Assembly: GCA_002633005.1 (NCBI GenBank) | Contig: NMRA01000335.1 | Coordinates: 62,001 to 126,000 of the forward strand | Length of the DNA: 64,000 nucleotides | Direction of reading: 5' to 3' | DNA from: Phoronis australis | Lineage: Eukaryota; Animalia; Phoronida | Part shown: one piece after another, positions 13,001 to 28,000 of the stretch | Layout: every line of letters begins with the position of its first letter | Position numbering within the stretch: position 1 is the first letter of the stretch | Notes under the pieces: generated by a model | Told to the model about the DNA's origin: nothing | The model's database searches: none | Seen by the model: only the letters and a program-made list of their open reading frames with translations | Made by a program: the position numbers and the translations under genes

Positions 13001-16000
13001 CATTATGTCAGACGTTTCTCTGACCAGACAATTCGGAGAAGACTGCACTCGGTCAATCTCCAAGCGTGTACACCCGCCAGGAAAACCGCAATGACCGTCG
13101 ATCACAGTCTGGTTCGTCTGCAATGGTGTCGGCAACACCAAAGAACCAAAACATGTGGCATTGGATGGCCGGGTCAGAGTATGCAGGCGACGTGGATAAG
13201 GACACCTGGATTGTTGCGCGGACCATGTAACAGCCTTTGGTGGTAACAGTGTTGTGGTTTTTGGGCTGGCATATCCACCATTGGAAAACAAGGCTCGACA
13301 CCATTGGTGACAACCTAAATGCGGTAAAGCACCGAGACAACATTCTGCAGCCAGTGACAATCCTTAGTCTTCAACGTATAGGACCTAATTCAAGCTTTCA
13401 AAATGACAACGCGACCCCCGACCTAGCAACTCTTGCGACAGACCACCTGCGCCACGCAAGAGTACAGCAAATGGAATGGCTCACATGAAGACCAAACTTG
13501 CACCCTTTCGAACACCTATCAGTCAGTTGTTTAAAAAATAAAATATTTAAGTCTTGCTCTATCGTCATACGTTTTTATTACCATTGAACCAGTGGCGTAA
13601 TTGCTATTGAAATATTAACTGAATGTCGAAACGTGAATACACATATAGCTCCACCTGAATTTGTAAAATTCACTTTGAAACCAAACCCTCTCTGGCAGCA
13701 AAGTTACTCAACACGATAAGCCTTAGAAGACAAGATGTGGTATCACTTGAAAGGTGAATTGCTGGGGTTTTCATTGGTATACCGTATAATTTAACTAAAC
13801 CAAAAATAAAAAACATGGGCTAGTGAACTCTAATTTCCGAACTTTAGTTGAATGTTTATTTAGAACTCTGCTCAGCCGTAGCGAGTGGGCGAATAGCACC
13901 TGTGTCACCCTGGCGTCAACTGAGGAGGGGCGCTGATGTGACAAGGTCTTTGAAAAGTTTTCTGTAGAGACAACGCAAATTTGATTTAAATTATGACTGT
14001 ATTTTCTGTTTGAATAGCTTCACAGATATTCGCTTCCTCCGCATATTTTCTATCATCAGGTCGAACATTTACGAAGTGTATTGCCAATGGACAAACTAAC
14101 AAATTAAAATGGAAGAGAAAGCACAAGTTGTGTTTTTAAGTGTGTGTTAACGAAGGACCGCTACTGAACTATTCGAAGTGATAAAGTTGAAGGAAATATG
14201 AAAGAACTCCCTGGGTCTAGTTTTGCCCCATTCCTGGTCGGCACTAGTTTGCCACAAGTTTGGCCTCCCTACAGGTCCTCACCAAGTTTCGGAATAACTA
14301 ATTATCTGTCTGTAGAGGAAAGTAGTAACGATTCGTCTAGTTTCTTTCAATACTGCGGGAAAGCGCTGCCCCCAATTTCATGGGTGAGGCTCACGTCCCT
14401 CTGTCCCCGCTCCCCATCCTTTGAGAAAATATCTCAACGTAAAACAGAGATGCCAAGTTAACTCTGAATACTTCTGAAAGAGTGCCCCCTGATGAGCGCG
14501 AATGGAAGTTTCCTACGAATAGGCGAACATTGACGTCCTTTTTCATTGGCACATGTTCATATTATGCCTTTTCAAAGTCGTTATTCCAGCAGTTAAGGTT
14601 TGGATGACGTCATTGGCGCATTTAGGGTTGTCTAAGTCAAGCTGCAAAAAACTTCAAGCTCATGATTGAAGCCTACCTCTTCCGTGATACATTTGAGTCT
14701 TTTAACTTTGACGACACCACCTACTCCTTTGCTGCGAGAAAGGTCTACGAAAGAGAGTTGAGTTTTTCATGGACAGCATATCCTGGTCGCATACTTGTTC
14801 GTCCTTAAGATTTATTTGAATTACTTAAGGGGTTTCATTATGGATTCATTGTAGTTGAGGCTTACAAACTAAAACAATGATCTTAGGACATGAAAGATGT
14901 TTTAAGGGCGCATTTCGGTGTCTTTCCCCGCCCCCGAATGCTAAAACTCAGGACCTCGCTTTACCGCATAACAAGGATCTTCAGTACCCTCGTGAAACGA
15001 AAGTTTAGTAGCACTCGGAAATTTGTATCCAGCAATGGTGTAGTCTTCTGTGCGCCGCTTCGACGATTGTGGCACTTTTTAGGGGATGACAGCCCTCCTG
15101 TTTACTTACTTAGACCAGTGGGCTGGGTGTGAACATGGCAAATCTCCGTTGTTGGACTGGTAAATCTTATCATGCAATTCCATCTATGAAAATAAAACTG
15201 AGACAACGGAATTGGCTTTTTGATACTAACTTAGGTGAGATTTGATTTTTCATGTACATGTGTTTATACAGGGCAGCCGCAATTCTCATAATTTTCCACA
15301 ATGTGTAGCGAAAACAATGCAGGGTAGAGTTCAGTAACTCTAAATGTAGATCTAGCGAGATTCTACCGTTTATTTTCATTGAGAGCACGTGGCTTTTCTC
15401 GCCGCAGGACAGGAAACTCGGATTTAACTCTTGGTATTTTATCGGGATACCTTTCATTCTATTCAGTTGCACACGTCAAACTTGACAAAATACATTCTAC
15501 TCTATGTCTGTATCCTAATGTTCTATATTTCTAATCATTGGTTAAACCAACCTTTTTCGTCTATGGCATATTTTTGAAAATAAAACACTCAACCCTAGTG
15601 AAAAATGTTAACTTTATCAATGTAAGCTGACATGAATAATTGCTCATGTAATGATCTGTCTTACAGATATCTGATTTCGACTCCGTTTGGAATTACCTTG
15701 ACAACGCATTTCTTCCGGGGCTTTACGGTAGTACGTGGTACAATGGCAAGAATTACTGGTTCACCAAGAACTTTGCCAGCGATCGTAACAATTTCATGAT
15801 GGGTGGTGCTAGATTACGTCAAGTTAGGACAAGGAATGGTGAGAAAGCTGTTTCAACAATGTCTTAATTTTTGAGTTAAGAGTGATAAATGTTTACGGTT
15901 CTATTAATGTCGAACGTTTATAGGTGCTATAAACCAACGTTGCATCTTAAAAACAACTTTAGGTTTAAACCAGCGTTATGAAATTGATTTCAATTTGTTC

Positions 16001-19000
16001 TTTTGTAAAGTTAGAGATAATGCCAGAGCTTCTAAAAATGAGTCTACGTTCTTCAAATTGTCCTGTTACTATACGTCAGTATTTGCACCGAGCAAAGTTT
16101 AAAGGAACTATAAGCGAAAAGCCAGTTCTTTGCAAACAGAAAAGTCCCTTCTCACCTGAGAAATTAACACACTGAGACTAATTCCATAACCGTAAGCTGT
16201 CAAAATCAAAACGCATCTCTTGTATTTGTAGCTATATGGCCTCTTTAAATACAGAGTTCACGAACAGATACCAAACCCTCTTTTGTTGACATCACACACT
16301 AGATGCTCTGCCACATGCCACTGAACCATTCGTTCTTTTTCCTGTTATACATGTACGTGTAGAAAGCGTTTAATTGATATTTAGAAGAGACGTTCTTTCC
16401 AGAGCCGTAGTTTAACTGACCAAAGCGTTAGTAAGATTTGTTCCTTTATATGAGTTTGCCAAAGTTACTGGGCATACTTTTGTTTCAATTTCTCGGCAAA
16501 CTTTTTCAGAATCCTGTGAACATTTCATCAACGTTTACTTCTCCCCTGCTGCATGTCGAAGACAGTATAGCTTCGGCAACGAAGACAGAGGTCGCTACAA
16601 CAGCAAGTGGCGTAGAGTCAACGAGTCTGGTAAGAACTTTTTTACGCCTGTGTTCTGTAACTGACACCATGTACTTAGCATTAGCTACAATTAGTACATG
16701 AACGGTTTCATTACCACACTGTTCTCTTACTTTTCGCATTTTCGTAACATTGCTGGTGACAGATATGCAACAAAGTATAAAGGATTTTAGGTTTATGACT
16801 GGCTAAACCTCTTGGAAATTTCTTCAAAATTCCGAAGCTTTCTAATTTCTTTTCTGGCATGAACCGTAAAAACGACCTTTTTGCCAAAAATCTTTACGTG
16901 TCTAAAACTTTCAACCGCATGACACACCTTTCCAAAAACACGCTCGCCCAATATAAAGTCAACCCAGTTACTTTTTGTTTGCAATTTTATTTTAGACATG
17001 TTAGTATATAATAAATATCAAACATTAAAACTTAACAAAATGTTTATAAATAGCCCAGTCATCAGGGCCTCCCGCGCGTGAGGCAGCAGGGCATGTTAGT
17101 CTGGTTTCGTGAATGTTAAAAGGAAAATCGGTCCTGTCTATTTTTAGAGCGTACAATGAACGCTCTCTTTTAATTACAGTTGCTACACCCGATTTATCAA
17201 TCATAACCGTGTCCCTTCACAGAGTTTTGGTATTGTTTGGTTTTTGGTATTAGTGTTTTTCAGAAGATAAAATGTAACACGTATGGATTTCTACTTTGCA
17301 CTACTTTGTGATTCCCCAAATGTAATATAAAAATACGTACTCGGTGTTATTAACCAGTCGCATCGTAACACATTCCCGGTCATTTGAGAAAATTATGTAT
17401 GAAGTGAATTATTTATCTTTTGCTTCTGGTATAATCAAAAGTTGCGAAAGGCTTTAGTGACTATAGAGAAAGTGACACTAATTCACTTTTAGACCGGGAT
17501 CCCAGAGTTTTTGGGACATGAACAGTTAACCGATTTTCTTTGATACCACAGTGATCCATAAGCATTCCAATGCTAGGACATAGCCATCTGGCAGATTTGC
17601 TCTGGCGGGTATGTTCAGGGAGAAACTGAAAATTGAGCTAAATCACATATACAAATACCTGCGACACCTACTACTCGATTCGCTGTGTCAAAATGGTCCA
17701 ATGCCAGTCAATTTCAGTGGTGGGGATGATAAACTGACTCTAGGAATTAAGCTAGATCAACCCAAGAGGTAACCGCATGAAACTGAGTACAAATTATTCA
17801 ACATAGACCAATGTATCATGAATGAACTCAAATTCAGTGGTGGATTACCCTCGCCAGACACGCCCATATCTCTGAGTTGAGTTAGATCAAACCACCAGAT
17901 AACCAGTTGAAACCAACTGTACAAAATCCAGCATCACTTCACGTTGTGCAGTCGCCATACGATTTCAATGTTGGGGTGAAACTGTCAGATAAAATTGAGC
18001 CCAGCAACACGAGAGATAACCAAATAACATCGGCTCCAAAATATTCAACATAACCCCATGTATCATGAAAGAACACTAACAGAAAAATCCAGCAATGGGT
18101 TAACCCTGCCTGAGATGCCCAAACCCCAGACTGGAGCTAGATCAACCCTCCAGGTAAGCAGTTGAAGCCAACTGCATGTCGTTCAGCATCACTCTATATG
18201 ACACAACTGTTATGTGCCAGACAATTTTAGTAGTGGGATGCCACTGCCAGACGCAAAGTAACGGGATTAACCCAAGAGGTAAGCAGTCGCAAAATAGTCA
18301 ACATAAAACTATGTGTCATGTATGAACTTTATCCGAAAAGTCCTGTGGTGGGTTACCCCCGCCAGACACGACCAAACCTCTGAGTTGAGTGAGATCAAAC
18401 CACCAGATAACCGGTTGAAATCAATTGTAACATATGCAAGATCACTCCACATGCTACAAATCAAAATGCCAAACAATTTTGGAGGTGGGATATAACAGGC
18501 AGACGAAATAAAATTTCAAAAAGTTTTCGAGAAATCTGATTCACGATGAATAAGCACTGCTCGATACCTTTGATTGTGATTCAAATCAATCAATTCTATT
18601 TGAAATTTCCTGGCCGGGACGCCTTTGCCATTCAAATGCAACTATTGTAGACAAACTACTTAATCTGATCCTACTTCCACTTGTTCCCACGTATTGCAAG
18701 ATAGTACATAATCTAAGTCAAGTGTGCTAACTCAGTTACACTACTGATATTTTCCGTGCAATGTTAACATGACTACTTGTTCGCATTACAAGATGCCACA
18801 GTTATGTTTTATCTTCTTTGCAATGGAGCCGGTTACCCAGCGTGAGCACCAGAGCCTTTCAACTCCTCCTGGTCACTTCCCGAGCATGGTGGTACTCCTT
18901 TTCTACAACAAATCAACGGGATCACCCTAGTTTCAATGCGTTACTCAAGGACGCAATCGCCAAGTCGTTAGACATTTACTAGTTGATTCCACTGAATGGC

Positions 19001-22000
19001 AATTTGTGAATTCTAAGAACCATGATTTTGAATGTTGTAAGATATGAGAAGAAGGCATTCCACAAGTTTCACATATATGGTCTCGTCGTCATCCTTGAAG
19101 CTACTTTGTGCGGACACGCTAATTCGGAGACTACACCAACATCAACACTGTCATGTTCATCCGTTCAAATCGGTGAATAGAATTGATGAAATTCTCCTCA
19201 TTCTCTGAATTTGGGGAATGAAGTAAACGATCTTATTTATTGTCAATGCTTGTACTGTAGGATATTTTAAAGGCGAAACCATAAGCGATTTTTCAGACAC
19301 CATTTCCACGGCAAACGGAATCATTTCATATATTCGTTTAAGTCCAGTTATTATTGAAATTACCACTTTGGTGACAACACCTATTCACATTGGCATATAA
19401 TGGTGATGTGTAGTCACTCCCAGCGAAGGTCTGGTGTCTGGGTGTCCGTATTTGGATTTTGAGAGAACGTTTACAGTGTCAGACATGTTGATAGATCTCC
19501 TGCTTTTTCCCATTTCCCGCAGTCTATAATTTTGTTCGTTCATAGTTTTGATAGCCGTCGTTGCCCAAGTGTCCCAATAAAGATCCCCGAGACATCCAAA
19601 ACACTTCTGGGATCCTGGTCTATTTAGCCTAGTTTTAAAAATATATGTTGAATTGTTTCATAGCTCCTAATACATGGGAGAATGACACCGCATGGTATTG
19701 GCAATCAGCTGACGAAATTGGAGGTATCGACAGAGGTGGCGAGATAGGAACCTACAGCGGCGGGGGATTTGTTGCGGATCTCACATCTAGTGTCAACCTG
19801 GCAGAACGTAAAATACGAAGTCTGAAAGAGAACGACTGGATTGATCGAAATACTCGAGCGATCTTCCTAGAGTTCAATTTGTTCAACCCGCATCTGAATT
19901 TGCATACCGTATCAAATATGTTGATAGAGTTCGATGCCAGTGGAGGTAAGTGAACGCAGAAAATTTCGTGACACACTTCTCTTACGTCTGTAAGTAAACC
20001 AATATAATAATGTTATTTTAGCAGAGATGCCAGTTCACAACGAAAAGATGCTTTTCGCTTTTTCTCGTTGATTTTACTGCGTTTTCACAGTACCTGATAT
20101 ACGTAAATAGGTTGTAAAATCTTTGCAAAGGGCCCATTACAGGTGTGTATTTTACCCGTTAACGGTAAATGATGTACAGAACATCTCGATTCTGAACTAC
20201 ATCTGCGGAATAATTTCAGTGCGAAGCCAAGTCTACATGCATATGAGTACGGCTTGTCATAATTACATTTGCTTTAGGTTTTGCATTAATGTTGTTTTAA
20301 TATTATATGTGTATCGTCATGAATTTCTTAACATCGAGGAATGCACATACTCTTAATTAGATGGTGTTTATAAATTAACATTGAAAAATAATAACGTATT
20401 TAGAAAATAATTCACAGACTTACATGGCCTTCAACATTGAAAATTACAAGCTGAGATTATGTTTTTAGTGGTCTTGATTGAGAGAATAGAATATGTTCAT
20501 ATGCAATCGATATTCAAAATTATGCCCACATGTTGTACCTAGGTTTTGATAAGTTGAACGTAACAGCATTCGCGATATTTTCACAGATTTATTTTTTTTG
20601 AATTTTCTGAGAATAATGCTCACGCTCAGAAACGTCGAGATGAGTTATATTCAATAGATTTCTTTAGGCTTAGACAGTCCGTACTCTAAATGCATTGTGT
20701 GTCTGTAATGTGGGCCGCGGACTGTTACGTAGCATGAATCGTATTGTTGGTCATGAATACCGTTGCTGTCCTAAATGATGGATCAATTTCAATTATTCTT
20801 TTCAAGGAGCTATTCCCACTTTCGACGCTTACATTCTTCGACTTGATCGGTATTCCGGAAGTGGTTTGATGATTATTATACTAGCCGAAATCGTCACCTA
20901 TGGTTTTACAATATACTTCATTGTGGTGGAAACGAGAAAAATTGCAAATCAGAAATGTGACTATTTCCGGGTAGGTAAACTTGCGTTCTTTTTTTTCTTG
21001 ATAAGCTGGTCTTAGTTAGGACATGTGCACGTCATTATGGGCGTTTTCAGGGTCATACGTCTGCGTCCAAACGAATGCATTTTATAGAATTTCTTGTGTA
21101 AAATGCGATCGAGTAATGTCCTTACCGTAAAACTCGGTACTTAAGCACATATTCCTAACTATGAAGTTCGCAAATGACTACATGTGCGGATAATTCAGGT
21201 TCTCTCGACTAGTTTGTCAAAAGGCATTAATTTTTTGCATAACTCTTGCGACTGTTGAATTTCATTGCGACTGAGAATTTTTTTGGGTCGTGTAGTTGTG
21301 TTGCCCCAAACGAATCAACTGCTTACTGTTGAAAGCGTGTATACATACTCTGCAGGTGACTTAGCTGTGGCACTAGGCTCAAAAACACTAAGACGATCGT
21401 AAATATATTTGGTTCGGAAATGATGCATCCATTTGCATTATTCGAAAATGTTTTTGGTAATTTATTGCCTTTTGTGTTAGCTAAATGCCGATTTATCACA
21501 CTGTAAATCAGGAAACATAAAACGTACTATTATTTTGACGTTACGGTGAAGGTCACCTTAAGATTCTTTGAATTGGACTGTTGCAAAATCGTTATGAAAA
21601 ACGCTGGAGCAAGCACAATGCCATACTCGCGCAGTGTGTGTCGGTCATGATGGTGTTTGCTATATTTTGGAAGTGAAAGCAAATCCAAGAAGTGGGTCTT
21701 TACGCTACTTTCGATTGTCCCACGACATGTTGATACACGCCGCCGCGGGAAGAGAACAATAATTAATCTGTAAAATTCCCAGAAACGGCTGATGACAACG
21801 AAAAGACCAGAGCTTTAGATGTAAGACAGTTAGCTTACCAGTGCATCCCTATTAAGTCCTTTTCAAGACAATGGTATTTGCCGCATGTCTGTCTCGGGTG
21901 AATAGCGTAACATGCCGCATCCCCACTTTTGACTATGAATATTGCCCAACGCTCACAATCACACGTCTTATTTGCACTTTTCAGGAATTTTGGAACGTAA

Positions 22001-25000
22001 TGGAATTGATCGTTATTTTGTTACTGACAACGTCATTCGTCATCTACGTATACCGAATTGTCAACATGACGCACACTTTAGCGCAATTTCGCAGAGAAAA
22101 AACGTCATTTATAAATCTTCAGAGGACCTGTCTTTGGGACGAGGTAAGGTATAATGCAGTTTCGTCAAGACAAGCTAGGCTTAACAATTTTGAGTGTACT
22201 CCGTGTGACTGAACTGTTTAATTCCGAAACAACATCCACACTGTTCACTTACAGACCTTCAACAAATCCACGCGCGAAAATGTAAGTTATACCAAAATGT
22301 GTCCATGATTAATGGTTTTGTTCTTTCAACGTCCTTATTCTGCTTTGGGATTTATCCTTTATGGTTAATGCATGTGTTCCCGATACTCAATTGCAGGTGT
22401 ACGGAACACTCATCAGCATGGCAATTTTCGTGGCTACCGTAAAGTCCCTTAAACTACTACAATTCAACAAAAAGATGTCTGTCTTCGGCAAGGTCTTGAA
22501 GACTGCTGCGTCACCAATCTTATCTTATGGCTTGATCTTTCTGTTAATTTTGGTTTCCTATGCTTTCTTGACGTGGGTTATAATCGGGTACAAACTTCCA
22601 GAGTGGAAACACTTGAGGGAATCCGTACAGACGCTGTTCAGCATGATGTTGAGTAAGTATTAAAAACGACGTCCCACAATTGACTTTTGCACTCAGGTTT
22701 TAGTCTGACTTATAGCACAAAATCTAACTACATTAAGCACAGAACTTCCTTGAAGAATTTTGAATTTTAAAGAAAAATTGATGATGTTTTGGTTTCTCCG
22801 CTTCGTGATGTCACCAGTCGAAGACGTTGATCAGTTGACAGTTATGCAATGGTCGATAGCAGTGATATTGAAAGTTACATGTACGAAGACTTATAGAGCC
22901 AGCTTGACGAGTATTATGAAGATAAGTACGGAGATACAGGTGAAGACGGTACTCAGACCATAGGGGAAACCGGTGATGAGTTACACCTCGCCATATCGGC
23001 AGACTTTGCGTGTTTGAGGCGCTCGAACTCGACCCTAACGCGTGCTGGCGTATTGCGGATAGTGTTGATTTCAGAGTGGTAATGAAAGCGTTTCATTGAA
23101 TCGCGACTTAATTTTGTAACCATTTTATTGTTGAGTAATAGATATTTGAACAGTAAATGTAACCGAAGTTTTTACCCTGACTGGCAAAGCCCAATCGCGA
23201 ACAGTGGGCACTGCTTTCAATTCTTCTAATGCCGAGTGGGTTTGTAAGAAACGATCATATCTAATTATAATGGTGCTAACTGGATTTTATTTCTGGTAAA
23301 TGATAATCGATTTCGTCTTGTCCGTTCCAAAATTATGAAAGCTTTGTACCGTTTTGATTCGTTGATTATTTCGGTCCAGTGTCCGATTCCAACCTCTGTG
23401 CCAGCTGGGGTCGTGACCTCAAACTATTTGCTTGACATCTACATCCCATTTTGTACTATTGGGTGTTGAGCTATACATTGTATTTGGATAGCAGGCATTC
23501 CCCAAAATCTTGAAGAAGAATAGACCATTGGAGGCTTACTGCAATCACATCCATTGTCTCAGTCAAAATTTGATGCTGAGGTGCAAACTCCATATGTCTG
23601 ACAACTACGTTCCCAGCAATGGTACAACGCAATACACAATTTTCTCCACCAAATCTATTTACACGTTGGATAAACCCTCATCTGATCTCAGTTTCTGTGA
23701 CGGGTCGAAACATGCTTCTTCAAAATGGGCTGAGCACAGCGTGGACCCTGAACAGATCGCTTGCTCCAACGTGCACTGTGTCCGACGCACACGAGTCTGT
23801 ACGATTTTTGAGCAATTTTAGGGTCTTTTGGAAACGCTAAAACTGAAAAAATTGTCCGTCTGATTGCTATTGCTGCATCCTTCGCACAAGCAACTCTTCG
23901 CAATACTCAATGGAACCCAGTTTTCAAAACCACCTAACGTCTCACGGTTGGCGTAGAACAACACAATGGCGGAGACCGGATCCACTGATGACGTCTCACA
24001 AAACTTTTAACTTTTTAATGTTTGCGTTTAGTTCTTTGTTAAAAGTATAAAAATTTCATAAGAAATACTAAAAATCATGCCAAAATGTTGGTAAACAAAT
24101 TTAAGCATTTATATCTTAATCATAGCGTGAAGGATTTAAATTTTGATGCACCCGCACATACCTATATGTGATCGCATATTGTCGTCATCTTGTACGGCTT
24201 TCTTGGTGTCCGTGTGTCCAATCCATATCTCAAGGCCGTTGTCTACTCGATATCTCAAAGGTCACTGGTTGGATCTTGATAAAACTTAGTAAAAGGGTGT
24301 AAAACAGCATCAAGGTGGTGCAGGCCTTTTGATATGCCTTGCATAAAGGAGCAAAAGACGCTCGCATTTTCGGTATGCTTGGAGAAGACTTTCCGGATGT
24401 TATAAAAAGAATCGGTATGTGTAGTTCAAGAAACAAGTAGATATTCGACAACAATGCCTCGATATTAATCGATTTTCGGGCTGATTTGATCACTGTAGCA
24501 TACCTAGTGAACATTTTGGTTTTGACGACAAAGGGCATTTTGATGCAGGCCATTTTAAATATAGCGCTTATGCATGATATTTGTAGAACTGACAGACGGA
24601 TTTCAATGAAACTTGACACATTAGGCGTATGAGACGGCACCAGTCGAATTTTGAGAAATTTCAAATACTGCAGGCCATTTTGTCTCGTTGTTTGTCAGAT
24701 GTCTCAGAAACCCTTGTCATAGATTGATGAATTTTTGAACAAAGGTCTTGGGCATGTTGCATTATAGGATACCAGCAGTGTGTTTCCTTATTGTAACAAC
24801 TCGTTTGCGATACAGGGTGGGGACATATCAACGCTTTGCGTTGGTCTAGGTGTTTTCAAGCGTCTGGAGTGACCGCCTAAATGCTGAGATAACAACAAAA
24901 TCATGTTATTTTACTTTCACTGGAATGCCAAGTTGATTGTGTCTGAGCTCCCATTGTATGACGCGGCAACACACCAGAAAGACGTGGTAGGAGGTTTTAA

Positions 25001-28000
25001 ACAATTAACGTGCATTTTAGTCAATGATTGTCATTTTGTTTTGATAACCTTTGATTCTCCTCTATAATGAAAACTGGGTAGTGTTCATTAACGCTAGGAC
25101 ATGAGCTAGATTTTAATTAAATCCCAGCGTTACTGAACTCTGCCCTGATAAGCTATTTCAGCAGTTTGTGTATTTGTTGACGTTTTCGTGGATTCCTTAC
25201 AGATAAATTTGACTTCATCAGTCTGGAAGATGCGGATCCAACATTCGCGCCTATAATATTCTTCTCTTTTACTGTCCTCGTCAACTTCATGATGATTAAC
25301 TTCTTCTTAACGATGCTGATGCACTACTACAGCATAGTGCAAGAAGAGATCCAGGTGATGCAAAACAGACTCGAGTTCGTGAACTACATCACGCGGACTA
25401 TCAAGGGATTCTTGGGTATACGGGAAGTGGGCTCGGGCGATACTATCGTTCAGGAAAAAAAGAAAGGTAACACCCTGTTCTCATGGGCACTGGTAATCCC
25501 GTTGCTTTTTGTTAATTGACAGCATGCTATTTTGTAGTCATTCCAATTCGGGTGATTGCGGAATTTTGAGAACGCTGTTTTTAATGTCAAATGCCGCGCG
25601 TGATCAACGAGATTACTAAGATTCGACGAAAAATTGCATTGGATTCGAATGAATGTTCGGCAGACACTCCAGTCCGAATTCAAGACAGCCATCCAGTGGC
25701 AATGATAGATACTGGTTTTGCAAGCTGTATTAACCATACCATACCATACCATACGCGCCAAAATGGTGGAGAAATGCGCAGTTGTTTTCGAATAATGTTT
25801 TCATCTACTATTCCCAAGAGTAACCTGGCGACAAGAGAATGTTACTCCCAGTCTGCCTTCTAATTACCAAAAGCATGTAGTGTTCCTCTGCTCCAATGTC
25901 AATCATCAGCAAGATGACTTCTTCACAGCAAAGTTCGGCGTTTAACTTGAACACACTCCAACGCTAGGCTCCCGAAGTTGACCAGGCTCCGGTTTGACGT
26001 GGAATTTTCCACTGTTTGTTCTTCTGCAACCGCAACTGTGATGATGCTGATTCCGCTGCGACAGCATAATAGACTTCCTTCAATTAGTTGAAATTCCCAG
26101 CATCCTAGACATCTTCCACATGGTTGATACCACAAAACCTGTTCCTCCTACCTCAACTGGCAAACAGAAGAACCTCCATTCAGTTCTTGAACACTCATGG
26201 CTACGTTTCCTGTACATTAATAATTATTTTCCTCTCCTGGGTTTCCTGTATCCTGATTTCCCATGGCTCAGTTAATCTCTCTAAGATTTCCACCTTAGCT
26301 ATGTCTGACCATAAAATAATGTCAGGTCTTAAAGATGTTGAAGCTATATGAGTAGGGAGTGGTCTTTGTTCCCCCAGATTTGCCCCCATGCACCAATCAT
26401 TGACCATGGATAAGAACCCTTCTGCGTTTTCTGATACCTTTCTTGCAGCCAGCTGCCGCAAAATCTTGCTGTGTCGCCAAGTGTACTTCACCTCTTCCCG
26501 GGCCACCCTGCAACATGTTGTAGGGACTACACTTCGCCACAGCGGCTGCAGCTGCCGTTGTTCTCCTTCTCCCATAACTTTATTCCTTGTTGGTAAGGGG
26601 TCATAAACTGAGCGCAATAAAAACCTCAAATCGTGTTGCCCTATATGAAGAAGGTCTGTTGATGTGATTTTCCTCCTTAGCATTCCTTCTCAGGTGGTCC
26701 ATTCCCCTTGTTTCTTCATGTCAACTGTTCGAGCGACTGGCTTCACTTCCTCCTCACGAATCTTCTTGAGTATCTCAGTTCTCCTCTCCTTCCTCTTAGT
26801 CGCCTTCTATCTAGTGGATGGTACAAAACTCAAATCTTGTTTACCACAACAGACTGTACAAACTATGTCCTTATGCCAAAGGCGGCTCTCTGCTCTGTTC
26901 ACAGGCACTTCATTATCCCATTTTCTGCCTGGTGATACCTGAATATCTGATAAGCTGACAAATCTGTCTCTGGAATCTTGGATTGTGAGATTCTCCATTG
27001 CTTTCGTCACTTCGAAGTCTCCAACCAGAGTTTTCAGAGTCCTACTATATAATGCAACTTACATGACAATCAATGGTATCCCCTATCATTTCCTGATAAG
27101 CTGGTTTGTCTCCCGTTCCATAGACTCGACTGTCATGTGATCGTGGGTAGTAAGCCGAATTAATAACACCATTGCTTAAATTTCCATGCTAAGTGCATTC
27201 GTTGATCTCCTTCAGTGTGTCCCTGAACAGGACCATTGTGTCCCTTGCGTTTGTGATGTCGCTTAGTTTGCTGTCGTACACCTTGCCCAGATATTTCACT
27301 GACTTCTCACCCAGGGATGTAACATCCTCGCTTTTTAACCTGAAGGCTCGGTGCCGGCTCATTCTCCCTTTCACCACGATCAGACTTCTTGACTTATGCA
27401 CCTTGATCTTCTCACTAAACTGGGGCACCTGGCCAAGATGCCCTTCTCCAAAGGCTTGAAAGCTAGTGTGAACTCCATCGTAGCAAATTGCATCTGTATA
27501 CTGTTGAAATAGTCGTTGATGACCTTCTGAACTCCTCCTGGAAAGTGATAAGTCGCCATCGCCTTCCTAATCGATCAATGAATGTGACAGGGAACAGTAA
27601 GCATTTTCTGAATCTAACCACACAACTGCAAAGTCCGACTTGTTTGCCTTTGCATTACCGATTGGCTCTGTTAGAACACCGTTATGCTCCAAGCATCCGG
27701 ACTGTCTTGGTACACCACCTTTCTGCACTGCAGTGACAATATACCCATTCCCCAGGCTGTACTTGACAATTCTGGATGCAATCACCGCGAACAAAATTTT
27801 GGACCCCACATCAAGCAGTGAAATCGCCAGCTGTTCCGGTTATGGCCGAGACAACACGTGTATTCTAACAGGGAAAGTTTTCTCCGTTTCGAGAGGTTTA
27901 TATCTGTTTCTACGGAGGGTCAAACTTGTTGCATACTATTCTTTATAATGGATGTTGCTCACAAACGACGTGCTAGTAAGGACAGTGCCGAGTTAAAGGC

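Noticed and set aside
14488-14540. CTGATGA hammerhead-like core
   Set aside because: No stem II followed by GAAA, and no closing stems.
16438-16739. Listed ORFs on both strands
   Set aside because: Shadows of the true gene A exon 16510-16629, which uses another frame.
21788-21815. ctgatgacaacgaaa hammerhead-like core
   Set aside because: Stem II cannot pair and there is no correctly placed NUH site.
22960-23050. tRNA-like B-box (gagttcgagc on minus strand)
   Set aside because: No cloverleaf can be formed; at most a decayed SINE head.
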